Source: an uncultured Candidatus Saccharibacteria bacterium
GTDB taxonomy: Bacteria; Patescibacteriota; Minisyncoccia; Phycocordibacterales; UBA2100
Length of the DNA stretch: 64,000 nucleotides
Assembly (NCBI GenBank): GCA_964399865.1
Contig: CAYNRJ010000001.1
Span: 546,285 to 610,284, forward strand
Direction of reading: 5' to 3'
Below, piece by piece: positions 1 through 8,857 of the stretch (its first letter is position 1; each line of letters begins with the position of its first letter). The notes below the pieces were generated by a model. It did no database searches and was not told the origin of the DNA. It saw only the letters and a list, made by a program, of their open reading frames with translations. A program made the position numbers and the translations under genes.

Positions 1-263
1 TTGATAGAAATGTCTTCGAGTGGCACTTCTGTGCGACGCATAGCACCGTGCACATCGTAAAGAATGATGCTTCCGGTACGATCATAGATTTTAGTTGATT
101 CAGAAACTCGTCTGCTCTCGAAATTTTCAATCGACGGGAGTGGGGCAACGGTCGCCCAAATAATTCCAGCCCCGAATATGAAAAGAAATAGGGCGATACC
201 GCCAATCGCGGCAAACTCAAACCAGACAAAAAATCTGCCTAATCGTTTTCTTAAAAATCTCAT
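1..263 (-). CDS. Penicillin-binding protein 1A family (transglycosylase) N-terminus, runs off the window
   Basis: Hand translation from ATG at 263: MRFLRKRLGRFFVWFEFAAIGGIALFLFIFGAGIIWATVAPLPSIENFESRRVSESTKIYDRTGSIILYDVHG. A TM anchor is followed by the STKIYDRTG segment typical of class A PBPs. Confidence 0.8.
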   Translation of the reverse strand, partial: MRFLRKRLGRFFVWFEFAAIGGIALFLFIFGAGIIWATVAPLPSIENFESRRVSESTKIYDRTGSIILYDVHGAMRRTEVPLEDISI

Positions 264-298
264 TTGGGGCTCATTGTAACGCTTTTGAAGGCGTTTTC

Positions 299-772
299 CT
301 ATGTACGCGAGCGGGCTAAGTGCGTTATGCCAATTGCTATTGCATCGTACTCATCATCATGACGTATCTGCTTGTCTATCCTTACGAGAAGATGAATCAT
401 CTTTGCGACCTGGGTCTTATCTGCTGAGCCCCATCCAGCTGCGGCACTCTTCACTTCGCCGGGTGTGTATTCACTTACAGGCACTCCAGCGGCTGATGCG
501 GCACCAATGAGCGCTCCTCGTACCTCGGCGACCTGCATCGCAGTCTTTTGATTATTCGAAAAATACACTTTTTCTATAGCAACCGCATCTGGAGCGTATA
601 CTTTTATTAAACGGACGCATTCTTCAGCGACCGTGGCGAGGCGTTCAGGGAAGGGGAGTTTTGCTGAAGTCTCGATACAGTCGGAATACGCCAATCTTTC
701 TTTTCCATCTTCCTTTTCAATTACGGCAACACCGCATCTTCCAAATCCGGGATCGATAGCGAGGACTCTCAT
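299..772 (-). CDS. ruvC: Holliday junction resolvase RuvC
   Basis: LAIDPG, AIEKVYFSNN and DDEYDAIAIG catalytic motifs. Confidence 0.95.
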   Translation of the reverse strand: MRVLAIDPGFGRCGVAVIEKEDGKERLAYSDCIETSAKLPFPERLATVAEECVRLIKVYAPDAVAIEKVYFSNNQKTAMQVAEVRGALIGAASAAGVPVSEYTPGEVKSAAAGWGSADKTQVAKMIHLLVRIDKQIRHDDEYDAIAIGITHLARSRT

Positions 773-821
773 GTAGTAAGGGTACTCTCGAATGTGGGGG
801 ATGACTAGTATAAAAATCGTT

Positions 822-852
822 GCGGCGGCGGGACAAGTGTCTCCGCCGCCGC
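822..852. terminator. GC-rich hairpin downstream of the 862-1254 ORF
   Basis: GCGGCGGCGG...CCGCCGCCGC inverted repeat. Confidence 0.6.
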
Positions 853-861
853 ACTCCTCCG

Positions 862-1254
862 CTATTTGAACCTCAGGCGGGCTCCGATCCGCGCCAGAAG
901 CTGATCCTTGAGATAGGCCAGCTGCTGGCAGAACCTATAGAGTGCGTGACCGATATACGCGGCCGCGATTCCACCCCCGAGGAACCCGAAGACTTGCGCG
1001 AAGCGGATCGCGGTGTAGTCACTGTCAAATTCGCGGGTGTAGAGTGCGAGGCCGAAAAAAGGCCACGATGCTCCGTCGACCTGTGCGGAAGTGACCACTG
1101 CGACCGCGATCGAGGCTACGCCGATCACGAGGCCGTAGAGGAAGTTGTTCCATCGGATGCAAATGATCCCCGCGAGAACTCCGAACGCGGCAATAAGGGC
1201 GTAAATCGGGTGCATTTCGCGCTCCTCACGCTCATGTTGCCTGGCATCAGGCAA
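862..1254 (-). CDS. Orphan membrane protein (~3 TM)
   Basis: Hydrophobic segments, AAAGGAAG upstream of the start, downstream hairpin. Confidence 0.6.
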   Translation of the reverse strand: MPDARQHEREEREMHPIYALIAAFGVLAGIICIRWNNFLYGLVIGVASIAVAVVTSAQVDGASWPFFGLALYTREFDSDYTAIRFAQVFGFLGGGIAAAYIGHALYRFCQQLAYLKDQLLARIGARLRFK

Positions 1255-1295
1255 CTTCCTTTTAGTACTAAATCACCAAAACTCTGATGAGTAAA

Positions 1296-1826
1296 CTACT
1301 CAGCGTTCGTATACACTTCTTGCACGTCATCGTGCGCGTCTAGCTCCTCAAGTACTTTCATAAGCGCTTCGTTATCTGTTTCCGAAAGGGGGACAGTACT
1401 TTTCGGAGTGTATCCCTCCAAACTTTTCTCAAATGCCCACGATGCACTTCCTTGTGCGGCGAGAACAAGGCCGTTTTTTGTGAGAATGTGTTTTATTTCT
1501 TGAGAAGAACGATTTCGGCTATCAGTAAGAACTTCGATAAGTATCGCGGCGCCTCCTGGGCCGTAGGTTTCGTATGTTACAGATTCAAGCGCAGCTGCAT
1601 CGGCTGAGGTGCCCTTTGCAATCGCGCGTTCGATCGTGTCTTTCGGCATGTTGGCCTTCTTTGCGATATCAATTGCAGAGCGGAGGTTCGCGGCGTTAAC
1701 GTCGCCGTTCGCTTTTTTCGATTCGATCGCAATGCGTTTACCGAGCTTGCCCCAGACGTTACTTTTTAGCGCATCGTTTGCGCCCTTCTGTCGCTTGATT
1801 TGCGCCCATTTATTGTGACCTGACAT
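1296..1826 (-). CDS. yebC: YebC/PmpR family protein (short, 176 aa)
   Basis: MSGHNKWAQIKRQKG, ANMPKDTIERAI, YETYGPGG and DDVQEVYTN motifs; start trimmed to the MSGHNKW ATG. Confidence 0.93.
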   Translation of the reverse strand: MSGHNKWAQIKRQKGANDALKSNVWGKLGKRIAIESKKANGDVNAANLRSAIDIAKKANMPKDTIERAIAKGTSADAAALESVTYETYGPGGAAILIEVLTDSRNRSSQEIKHILTKNGLVLAAQGSASWAFEKSLEGYTPKSTVPLSETDNEALMKVLEELDAHDDVQEVYTNAE

Positions 1827-1907
1827 AGTTCCTGTACGGTACAACAAAAATAAGTTATGTGCTAGATTTTCTTTACCCGCTCAACAGAAGAGAAAGGATG
1901 TGAGGGC

Positions 1908-2105
1908 ATGCTCTTACCGTTAAGAGTGGCACTAGTGGTCGTTATGGTCGGGGGTCTCGTGTGGAGTGCCGTAGGCACTTTCGGAATGGACCCCGACGGG
2001 CCGAAGACGGCGGAAACGATCCTCTGGCCTGCTGCAGTAATTGCAGCCGGCCTCATCGGCCTATTGATCACTATGTTCCCACGGCGCTCTCGCCGCCGTC
2101 GCTAG
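1908..2105 (+). CDS. Small orphan 2-TM protein with Arg-rich tail
   Basis: Two hydrophobic helices, GAAAGGA upstream, hairpin at ~2122-2151 downstream. Confidence 0.55.
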   Translation: MLLPLRVALVVVMVGGLVWSAVGTFGMDPDGPKTAETILWPAAVIAAGLIGLLITMFPRRSRRRR

Positions 2106-2182
2106 TGACCAGTACTTTCTTGAAGGGCGGCTCCAGGTCGGGCCGCCCTCCATGTTTATGCACAACGTTGTACACTCGATAT

Positions 2183-2515
2183 CCACGAATTTTAATGCTT
2201 CCACTCCGTTTGCGCAGGATTTTACTGCGGTAACATCATAAGTCTGATGCGCTTTACCGTGCGTCAGCGGAATCTGGTGAACTGCTCGAAAGGGCACGGA
2301 GTCGGAATCCAGTTCCTAGGGTCTATTGGGGCTTACGTCCCGAGACAGTACAGGAACCGTTGGCCATAGTAGTGGCTGCACGAGTCGGAGATACAGGCTT
2401 TACGTCAGTGTTTCTTGGCCTCCAAAGGAAGATCGTATCAACCAGAGGAGTGCCCGCGTAGCGAAGATCCATAACGGCCAAAACAAAATGGACCTCCCTA
2501 GGGAGGTCCATTTTG
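2183..2515 (+). ncRNA. Candidate multi-domain structured ncRNA of unknown family
   Basis: TACACT -10-like box at 2171-2176; several stems with G-U pairs and a GAAA loop on the + strand; ends in a 32-bp palindrome; no credible ORF. Confidence 0.55.
2484..2515. terminator. Perfect 32-bp palindrome, probable bidirectional terminator
   Basis: CAAAATGGACCTCCCT/AGGGAGGTCCATTTTG with U-runs on both strands; downstream of ruvB (-) and of the candidate ncRNA (+). Confidence 0.75.
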
Positions 2516-2580
2516 CTACCGTGCGTTAGTGCGTCTATTGTATACACATCCTAGAGATTAGTAGTCATTCTTATCCCCAC

Positions 2581-3591
2581 CTAGAAAAGTTTCTGCTCAT
2601 CTTTTGGCGCATCGATACCCACGTGCTGGTACCCTTTTTTCGTCACGGTTCGGCCGCGGGGAGTGCGATCAAGAAGTCCTAACTGCATGAGGTAGGGCTC
2701 ATGCACCTCTTCAATAGTGTCTTCTTCCTCAGAGAGGGACGCGGAAACAGTTTTAAGACCAACAGGACCCCCTCCGAACTTCTCGATAATGAGGGTGAGA
2801 ATATCTCGGTCGGTTTGATTGAGTCCGCCCTCATCAATCTCCAGAAGCGCCAATGCTTTTTTTACCGTTTTAATATTGAGAGGTTCACCGGTTACCTCGG
2901 CAAAGTCACGCGCACGCTTCAATAGATAATTTGCAGTACGAGGTGTCGCCCGGCTTCTCTTTGAGACTTCCATCAGTGACTCGTCATCAATCTGTATATT
3001 CAATATTTTTCCAGACCGTTTCAATATCTCCGCGATCTCGCTGTCGTTGTAGTAATTAAGTCGGAATGTGCCACCCGAGAAACGAGAGCGAAGTGGGGCA
3101 GAGAGCATGGAGATGCGCGTCGTCGCAGCGATGAGTGTAAAAGGAGGTAGTTCCAATTGCACAGTGCGTGCCGCTGGCCCCTTCCCGATGACGATATCAA
3201 GGACCCCGTTTTCCATCGCAGGGTAGAGTACTTCCTCGATCGCACGATTGAGGCGGTGCATCTCGTCTATAAATAGAACATCTCCAGGAGAGAGGTTAGT
3301 CAAAATGGATGCAAGGTCGCCGACGCGCTCGATCGCGGGGCCAGAAGTTGCTCGAAGTGAAGCTCCGATCTCTTTCGCCATCAAATGGGCGAGAGTAGTT
3401 TTTCCTAGTCCAGGTGGTCCGTATAAAAGTACGTGTTCTGGCTGATGGTTACGCCTCTTTGCGGCTGTAAGGAGGATGCGAAGGTTCTCTTTTATGCCGG
3501 ACTGTCCAACATATTCGTCCCAAAGTCCGGGGCGGAGCGCTTGATCGAGCGTCCGCGAAGCTTTTTCTGTTGTCGGTTGTTGTTTTGTCAT
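2581..3591 (-). CDS. ruvB: Holliday junction helicase RuvB
   Basis: LRP..WDEYVGQ, GPPGLGKTTLA, FIDEMHRL and RTPRGR motifs. Confidence 0.97.
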   Translation of the reverse strand: MTKQQPTTEKASRTLDQALRPGLWDEYVGQSGIKENLRILLTAAKRRNHQPEHVLLYGPPGLGKTTLAHLMAKEIGASLRATSGPAIERVGDLASILTNLSPGDVLFIDEMHRLNRAIEEVLYPAMENGVLDIVIGKGPAARTVQLELPPFTLIAATTRISMLSAPLRSRFSGGTFRLNYYNDSEIAEILKRSGKILNIQIDDESLMEVSKRSRATPRTANYLLKRARDFAEVTGEPLNIKTVKKALALLEIDEGGLNQTDRDILTLIIEKFGGGPVGLKTVSASLSEEEDTIEEVHEPYLMQLGLLDRTPRGRTVTKKGYQHVGIDAPKDEQKLF

Positions 3592-3637
3592 GTTCGTGGC
3601 TTTGCCGAGCTCAATATGAGGCAGGCAGAGGCATGTA

Positions 3638-3665
3638 TTGACAGTTAATTATTATATGTTATACT
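3638..3665 (+). promoter_or_regulatory. Near-consensus sigma70 promoter with extended -10
   Basis: TTGACA(3638-3643)-16 nt-TATACT(3660-3665), with TG at 3657-3658; points into an intergenic region with no + strand gene. Confidence 0.75.
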
Positions 3666-3668
3666 CTC

Positions 3669-3842
3669 ACCCAGTTTGAATCTCCTAGTTTTTGTTTCAG
3701 ATATTCGGGGGCGCGAGTATCCGAGCGATAGTAGCTTTACCACGGACAAGACAGTTTCGACTTTCTTTATCCATAGGTCCACGCTGCAACATTCCCACGA
3801 ATGCATCGCTCGGGTAATCGTGCCCCCGACTCGTTTCAGGGT
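3669..3842 (+). ncRNA. Candidate ~170-nt rod-like ncRNA (6S-like size and shape, or unknown)
   Basis: Stem 3705-3729/3805-3829 pairs 24 of 25 positions; inner irregular hairpin with a UUCG loop; strong upstream promoter. Confidence 0.6.
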
Positions 3843-3961
3843 AGCACTCTATTAAAAAATGCAAAGCATTTTTTTGTTCGAGAAGCTTTCTTCCAATTCG
3901 TCAACGTTGCAATTCAAAAATTGCCAAAATGCAGGACGCATTATGCGTCTATTTTTAATAC

Positions 3962-5653
3962 TTATGCGATCGTCTCGAGCATCACTTCATCTGTAAGATC
4001 GACGACACGAGATAATTCATCGAGAGAAGTGACACCGGTGAGGACTTTTACAGCACCATCTTGCGCCATGCGACGGATATTTTGGTGTTTTGCTGCCTTC
4101 CATATATCGCGTTCGCTTGATGTGTGTCTCACGCACTCCTCAATCTCTTTATCCATAAGGACAGCTTCAACGACTGCAACTCGTCCCTTATATCCTAAGC
4201 CACCGCATTTTTCGCATCCCTTAGGGACCCACATCCCGTTTCTATCCTGCGGCAAGCCCTCAGGGTGAGGGATGTTTTTAAGTATTGGTTCGAGTAATTT
4301 CGCCTCATCGGCAGAAATTTGTTTTGGTTCACGACAGTGTGGGCAAAGGCGTCGTACAAGGCGTTGTGCCATCGAAATGGTGACAGCGGCGCCGAGCACG
4401 TCAGCGTTCACTCCCATGTCTATAAGGCGGGGGAAGGTGCCTGCGGCATCGTTGGTGTGAAGTGTTGAAAACACGAGGTGACCCGTAAGAGATGCATTGA
4501 TCGCGGTCGAGGCGACCTCAGCATCTCGGATCTCGCCGACCATGATGACATCTGGGTCTTGGCGAAGAGTGGAGCGAAGTCCTTCTGCGAACGTGTAGTC
4601 TTTTGAAACCTGAGTTTGTACTACGCCCGGTAGGTGGTATTCGATCGGGTCTTCTATAGTGACGATCTTTATTTCCGGCTTATGAACGTGCTTTAAGAAC
4701 GCGTACAGCGTCGTTGTTTTACCGCTACCGGTAGGACCAGTGTTCAAGATCATGCCGTTTGGTTTTGCGATCTCGCGTTTGAAAATATCCATGAGATACG
4801 TATCAAAACCGAGCTCTTCCATTGGGAGCGCGATTGTCGTTGGATCAAGAACGCGCATGACGATCGTTTCTGCATATGCTCCGGGCAGCACCGAGGTACG
4901 TATCTCAAGTTCTTTGTTGTGGACTACGATTGAGAATCGGCCGTCCTGGGCGGCGTTTTTAACATTGAGCTTCAGTCCTGAGAGAAGTTTGATACGCGAC
5001 GCGATAAGCGCGTAGGTGGGGAGGTCGAATGTCATAACTTCAACCAGCACGCCGTCGAGTCGGTAACGCATTCGCACATTCGCTTCTTCCGGCTCTAAGT
5101 GCACGTCAGATACTCCTAAGCTTACTGCTCCGGCCATGACGACTTCAAGAACGCGAGAAATACGATGCGTGTCTTTGCTCCCCGCGTGCGATGTTATTTC
5201 TGCGCGCACGTCGTCGAGAGTCTTTAATTTTTCGAGAAGTTCCTGGATCGTGTCGTTGGATAACATCAAAATACCCGCCTCTGTTTCTGTCGCGTACGAA
5301 AGATCCTTATATCGCTCCCATGCATGTTTCAAAGAAGATTCAGAAACGATATATCGCTGTACCTCATACCCGAGGTGTTCAAGGGTCTGCAGGCTCTGTA
5401 GGGAATCAGCGCGCTCTGGAGCGCGCATCGCAACAGCAACTTTTCTATGTGTTTTACGAAACGCTGCGACCTCGCTTGCTCTCGCTTCCTCTTCTACAAG
5501 GAGACGAAGAGCGTCGGTGTCTATCGCGCTTTTGGTGAGGTCGACGTATGGAACGCCGTATTTTGATGCGAGCATCTGTGCGAGATCTTCCTCCTCGCGG
5601 GCGTGAAGCTCCTGCAAACGGTCATCTTGTTTTGAGCTATTGAACTGAACCAT
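3962..5653 (-). CDS. pilB: Type IV pilus assembly ATPase, PilB/GspE family
   Basis: SDVHLEP, GPTGSGKTTTLY, TIEDPIEY, LRQDPDVIMVGEIRD, TGHLVFSTLH motifs and a CxxC...CxxC Zn site. Confidence 0.92.
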   Translation of the reverse strand: MVQFNSSKQDDRLQELHAREEEDLAQMLASKYGVPYVDLTKSAIDTDALRLLVEEEARASEVAAFRKTHRKVAVAMRAPERADSLQSLQTLEHLGYEVQRYIVSESSLKHAWERYKDLSYATETEAGILMLSNDTIQELLEKLKTLDDVRAEITSHAGSKDTHRISRVLEVVMAGAVSLGVSDVHLEPEEANVRMRYRLDGVLVEVMTFDLPTYALIASRIKLLSGLKLNVKNAAQDGRFSIVVHNKELEIRTSVLPGAYAETIVMRVLDPTTIALPMEELGFDTYLMDIFKREIAKPNGMILNTGPTGSGKTTTLYAFLKHVHKPEIKIVTIEDPIEYHLPGVVQTQVSKDYTFAEGLRSTLRQDPDVIMVGEIRDAEVASTAINASLTGHLVFSTLHTNDAAGTFPRLIDMGVNADVLGAAVTISMAQRLVRRLCPHCREPKQISADEAKLLEPILKNIPHPEGLPQDRNGMWVPKGCEKCGGLGYKGRVAVVEAVLMDKEIEECVRHTSSERDIWKAAKHQNIRRMAQDGAVKVLTGVTSLDELSRVVDLTDEVMLETIA

Positions 5654-5748
5654 GAGAGATATTGTACCTCGCCCATGGCCTCATATGGCGCAAAATGAAC
5701 ATACGTACTGTAAAGATGCCTAAAGAGCCTCCAGTGCTAGAATGCGCG

Positions 5749-8160
5749 ATGAAGGAAATACCTATGGGAAAGAAAGCAGGCGACAAAAAAAGTGATACGC
5801 AACGGCTCGTACTTTTAGACACTCACGCGATTCTTCATCGCGCGTATCATGCGCTGCCTGATTTTTCATCGTCAAAAGGCGAGCCAACAGGTGCTTTGTA
5901 TGGTCTCATCACGATTCTTTTAAAGATCATAGAAGATCTAAAACCAGATTACATTGTCGCGACACGCGATCTACCAGGCTCCACCGTTCGGCACGAACTG
6001 TTCGAAGCGTATAAGGCGAAGCGTCCAGAAACAGAGCCTGAGCTGATCCGGCAATTGGAACGCGCCCCGTCAGTCTTTGAAGCATTCGGGATACCAATGT
6101 ACTCAGCTCCGGGATTTGAAGCCGATGACATGCTCGGAACTATTGTTGCTCAGATTGGAGTGCGACGTGATATTGAAGTTGTTATCGCATCCGGGGATAT
6201 GGACACGCTTCAGCTCGTTTCGCCGCGTGTTTCGGTGTTCACTATGCGAAAAGGGCTCAATGACACGATCCTATACGACGAAGATCGAGTACATGAGCGA
6301 TATGGCTTTGGTCCGGAGAGAGTCATAGATTACAAAGCGCTCCGAGGAGATCCGTCGGACAACATTCCGGGCGTTAAGGGAATTGGCGAGAAGACCGCGA
6401 CAGAATTAATCGAAGCGTTCGGATCTCTCGAGGAGATTTATAGAATTATTGAAACAGAACCAGGGCAAGTTAAAGAAGCAGGAATAAAACCTCGTACGAT
6501 CGATCTCTTAAAAACGGGGAAAGCAGACGCAGCCTTTTCAAAACAACTCGCGACAATTCGCCGCGATGCACCAATACAATTCACACTTCCGGATCGTCAG
6601 TGGCATGTCAGCGATCATGCAAAAAATATTGAAGCTCTTTGTGACGAGCTCGAGTTTAAAGCACTGAAGAGTCGCATACAAGGTAAAGCTAATTCTGTGA
6701 CAGAGAAGAAAGAAGAAAGCGTGAAATCCGAGGTCGTCGTGGACCCGCAGGCTCTTCGAGAGGCATCGATTGCGCTCTGGCTCGTTCATTCTGATACGTC
6801 GAACCCAAGTCTCGACGATATCTTCGCGCATACCAATGAACAGGATTTTGAAAAAGCGCGAGAGGCAATCTTCAAAGAGCTTCGAGAGGCAGGGCGTGTC
6901 TCCGAAGTGTTTGAAAAAATCGAGAAACCTCTCATTCCTGTTGTTGAAAAGATGAACAAGAATGGAATACTCATCGACTTGCCGCACGTGAAGGAGCTTG
7001 AGAAGGAGTACAGCACGGAGTTAGGAAAAATAGCAGGTCGCATCTTTGCGCATGCTGGTCGCGAATTCAATATCAATTCGCCTAAACAGCTCGGTGTTGT
7101 TCTCTACGAAGAATTAAAGATCGCTCCCACAAAACAGAAAAAAACACCAACGGGCGCTCGTACAACGAGGGAAGATGAGCTCGTTAAAATGGCGTCTCTC
7201 CATCCAATCATCGCTGACATACTCGCGTATCGCGAATTACAAAAATTACTCTCAACCTATATTCAGAAAATCCCTGGAGAGGTTGGGGAAGACGGAAGAC
7301 TACACACGGAATTTATCCAAGCAGGCACGACGACGGGGCGAATGGCAAGTCAGGAACCGAACCTGCAGAATATTCCTATCAAGAGCGAATACGGGAGACG
7401 AATTCGCGAAGCGTTTATTGCGCCTAAGGGAAGCATTTTAGCGGCGATAGATTATTCACAGATAGAATTACGGGTAGCCGCGGGGCTCTCGGGTGATGAA
7501 AAGTTAGGGCGAGTGTTCCGAGAAGGAGGGGACGTACACACCGCCGTCGCCTCCGAAGTATTTAATGTGCCACCGGAGATGGTAGATCACGAGATGCGAC
7601 GGCGTGCGAAAGTAATTAACTTCGGCATTCTCTACGGCATGGGCGTGAATGCGCTCCGTGCCAATCTTGGGGAGTCCGTATCGCGCGACGAGGCCGCCAC
7701 CTTTCTTTCCGAATACTTTAAGAATTACTCCGGTCTTGCTCGTTGGATCGAGCATACGAAAGTCGAAGCTACTCGTCGTGGATTTACAGAAACTCTTTTT
7801 GGAAGACGTCGCTATTTCCCTGGGCTTAAGTCGACACTCCCTGGAATAAAAGCGCAGGCAGAAAGAATGGCAGTGAACGCTCCGATACAGGGAACTCAAT
7901 CTGACATCATTAAGCTAGCGATGGTGGAGGCAGACAAGCTCATTGAACGAAACGGTTGGCAAGATAAAACAAAACTCATTCTTCAGGTGCACGACGAATT
8001 AGTCTATGAGGTCGACGAGAAAGAAGGAGAAAAGGTGGCGCGGGAATTACGGAACGTTATGGAATCCGTTGTTTCAAAAGATATGCTCTCCGGTGTGCCA
8101 ATAGTTGCTGAGATTGCGATCGGCAAGAATTGGGGCGAGTTGAAGAAGATTGGTCGCTAA
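5749..8160 (+). CDS. polA: DNA polymerase I (5'-3' exonuclease plus polymerase; 3'-5' exo region appears deleted)
   Basis: LLDTHAILHRAYHA, GDPSDNIPGVKGIG, DYSQIELR and LQVHDEL motifs; start trimmed to the ATG after TAGAAT. Confidence 0.95.
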   Translation: MKEIPMGKKAGDKKSDTQRLVLLDTHAILHRAYHALPDFSSSKGEPTGALYGLITILLKIIEDLKPDYIVATRDLPGSTVRHELFEAYKAKRPETEPELIRQLERAPSVFEAFGIPMYSAPGFEADDMLGTIVAQIGVRRDIEVVIASGDMDTLQLVSPRVSVFTMRKGLNDTILYDEDRVHERYGFGPERVIDYKALRGDPSDNIPGVKGIGEKTATELIEAFGSLEEIYRIIETEPGQVKEAGIKPRTIDLLKTGKADAAFSKQLATIRRDAPIQFTLPDRQWHVSDHAKNIEALCDELEFKALKSRIQGKANSVTEKKEESVKSEVVVDPQALREASIALWLVHSDTSNPSLDDIFAHTNEQDFEKAREAIFKELREAGRVSEVFEKIEKPLIPVVEKMNKNGILIDLPHVKELEKEYSTELGKIAGRIFAHAGREFNINSPKQLGVVLYEELKIAPTKQKKTPTGARTTREDELVKMASLHPIIADILAYRELQKLLSTYIQKIPGEVGEDGRLHTEFIQAGTTTGRMASQEPNLQNIPIKSEYGRRIREAFIAPKGSILAAIDYSQIELRVAAGLSGDEKLGRVFREGGDVHTAVASEVFNVPPEMVDHEMRRRAKVINFGILYGMGVNALRANLGESVSRDEAATFLSEYFKNYSGLARWIEHTKVEATRRGFTETLFGRRRYFPGLKSTLPGIKAQAERMAVNAPIQGTQSDIIKLAMVEADKLIERNGWQDKTKLILQVHDELVYEVDEKEGEKVARELRNVMESVVSKDMLSGVPIVAEIAIGKNWGELKKIGR

Positions 8161-8201
8161 GGACACTCGCCCAATCACGGCTTGGGGGATAGAATTGAGC
8201 A

Positions 8202-8837
8202 ATGCTCCATCTTTTTACAGGCACTGATCGGGAGAAAGTACGCACAGAGCTCAGCAAGGCTGTCGAAAAAATACGAGGGGCTTCGGTAGTCAGAATAAGT
8301 GACGCAAACTCTGTTTCGGATCTTTCGGCAGTTTTGCAGGGAGGGGGAATGTTTGGCGGAAAGAGGGCGATCATTTTTGAAAATGTGCTGGCGAATGAAG
8401 AGATGGAAAGCATAGTGCGTGACATACTCCCAACTCTCGCAGATTCCTCGGACGAATATTTTATCTTTGAAGAGAAGCCAGATGCCGCCACCAGGCGATT
8501 GCTTGAGAAATACGCGAAAGATTCTGAAAGATTCGACGCTCCAAAGGAAAAAAAGGAAAGTAATGACATCTTCGCGCTCGCGGCAGCACTGCGTCGCGGT
8601 GACAAGAAAACATTGTGGGTGAGTTACCAGAAATCTCTCCTTCGCGGGGAGAGGGTAGAGGCCGTACACGGGGTGTTATTTTGGGGAGCGAAGCAGGCAT
8701 ACCTTTCAGCGCGTTCAGCTGATGAGAAAAGGCGAGCGGAAAAATTGGTAGCAGACCTTGCGGAATTGCCCCACGTATCACGCCGCCATGGATTTGATCT
8801 TGAGTATGCTCTCGAGAAGTATCTTCTCTCGGTTTAA
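8202..8837 (+). CDS. Reduced DNA polymerase III delta-like subunit (HolA-like)
   Basis: MLHLFTGTD N-terminus, GMFGGKRAII, IFALAAAL..GDKK and a LEYALEKYLL C-terminus resemble the HolA layout. Confidence 0.65.
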   Translation: MLHLFTGTDREKVRTELSKAVEKIRGASVVRISDANSVSDLSAVLQGGGMFGGKRAIIFENVLANEEMESIVRDILPTLADSSDEYFIFEEKPDAATRRLLEKYAKDSERFDAPKEKKESNDIFALAAALRRGDKKTLWVSYQKSLLRGERVEAVHGVLFWGAKQAYLSARSADEKRRAEKLVADLAELPHVSRRHGFDLEYALEKYLLSV

Positions 8838-8857
8838 TCACACTCGTACGAAAAGTC

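Noticed and set aside
822-2151. Integron cassette array
   Set aside because: The hairpins lack attC RYYYAAC/GTTRRRY ends and no intI is present.
2183-2515. RNase P RNA, tmRNA or hammerhead as the identity of the structured region
   Set aside because: It lacks GAGGAAAGUCC, tRNA-like ends with a T-loop and the CUGANGA…GAAA core (it has CTGATGC inside a stem).
1961-2547. ORFs 1961-2233, 2061-2297, 2323-2547 and 2326-2529
   Set aside because: They overlap each other, cross terminator-like palindromes and show no protein-like motifs; RNA structure explains the region better.
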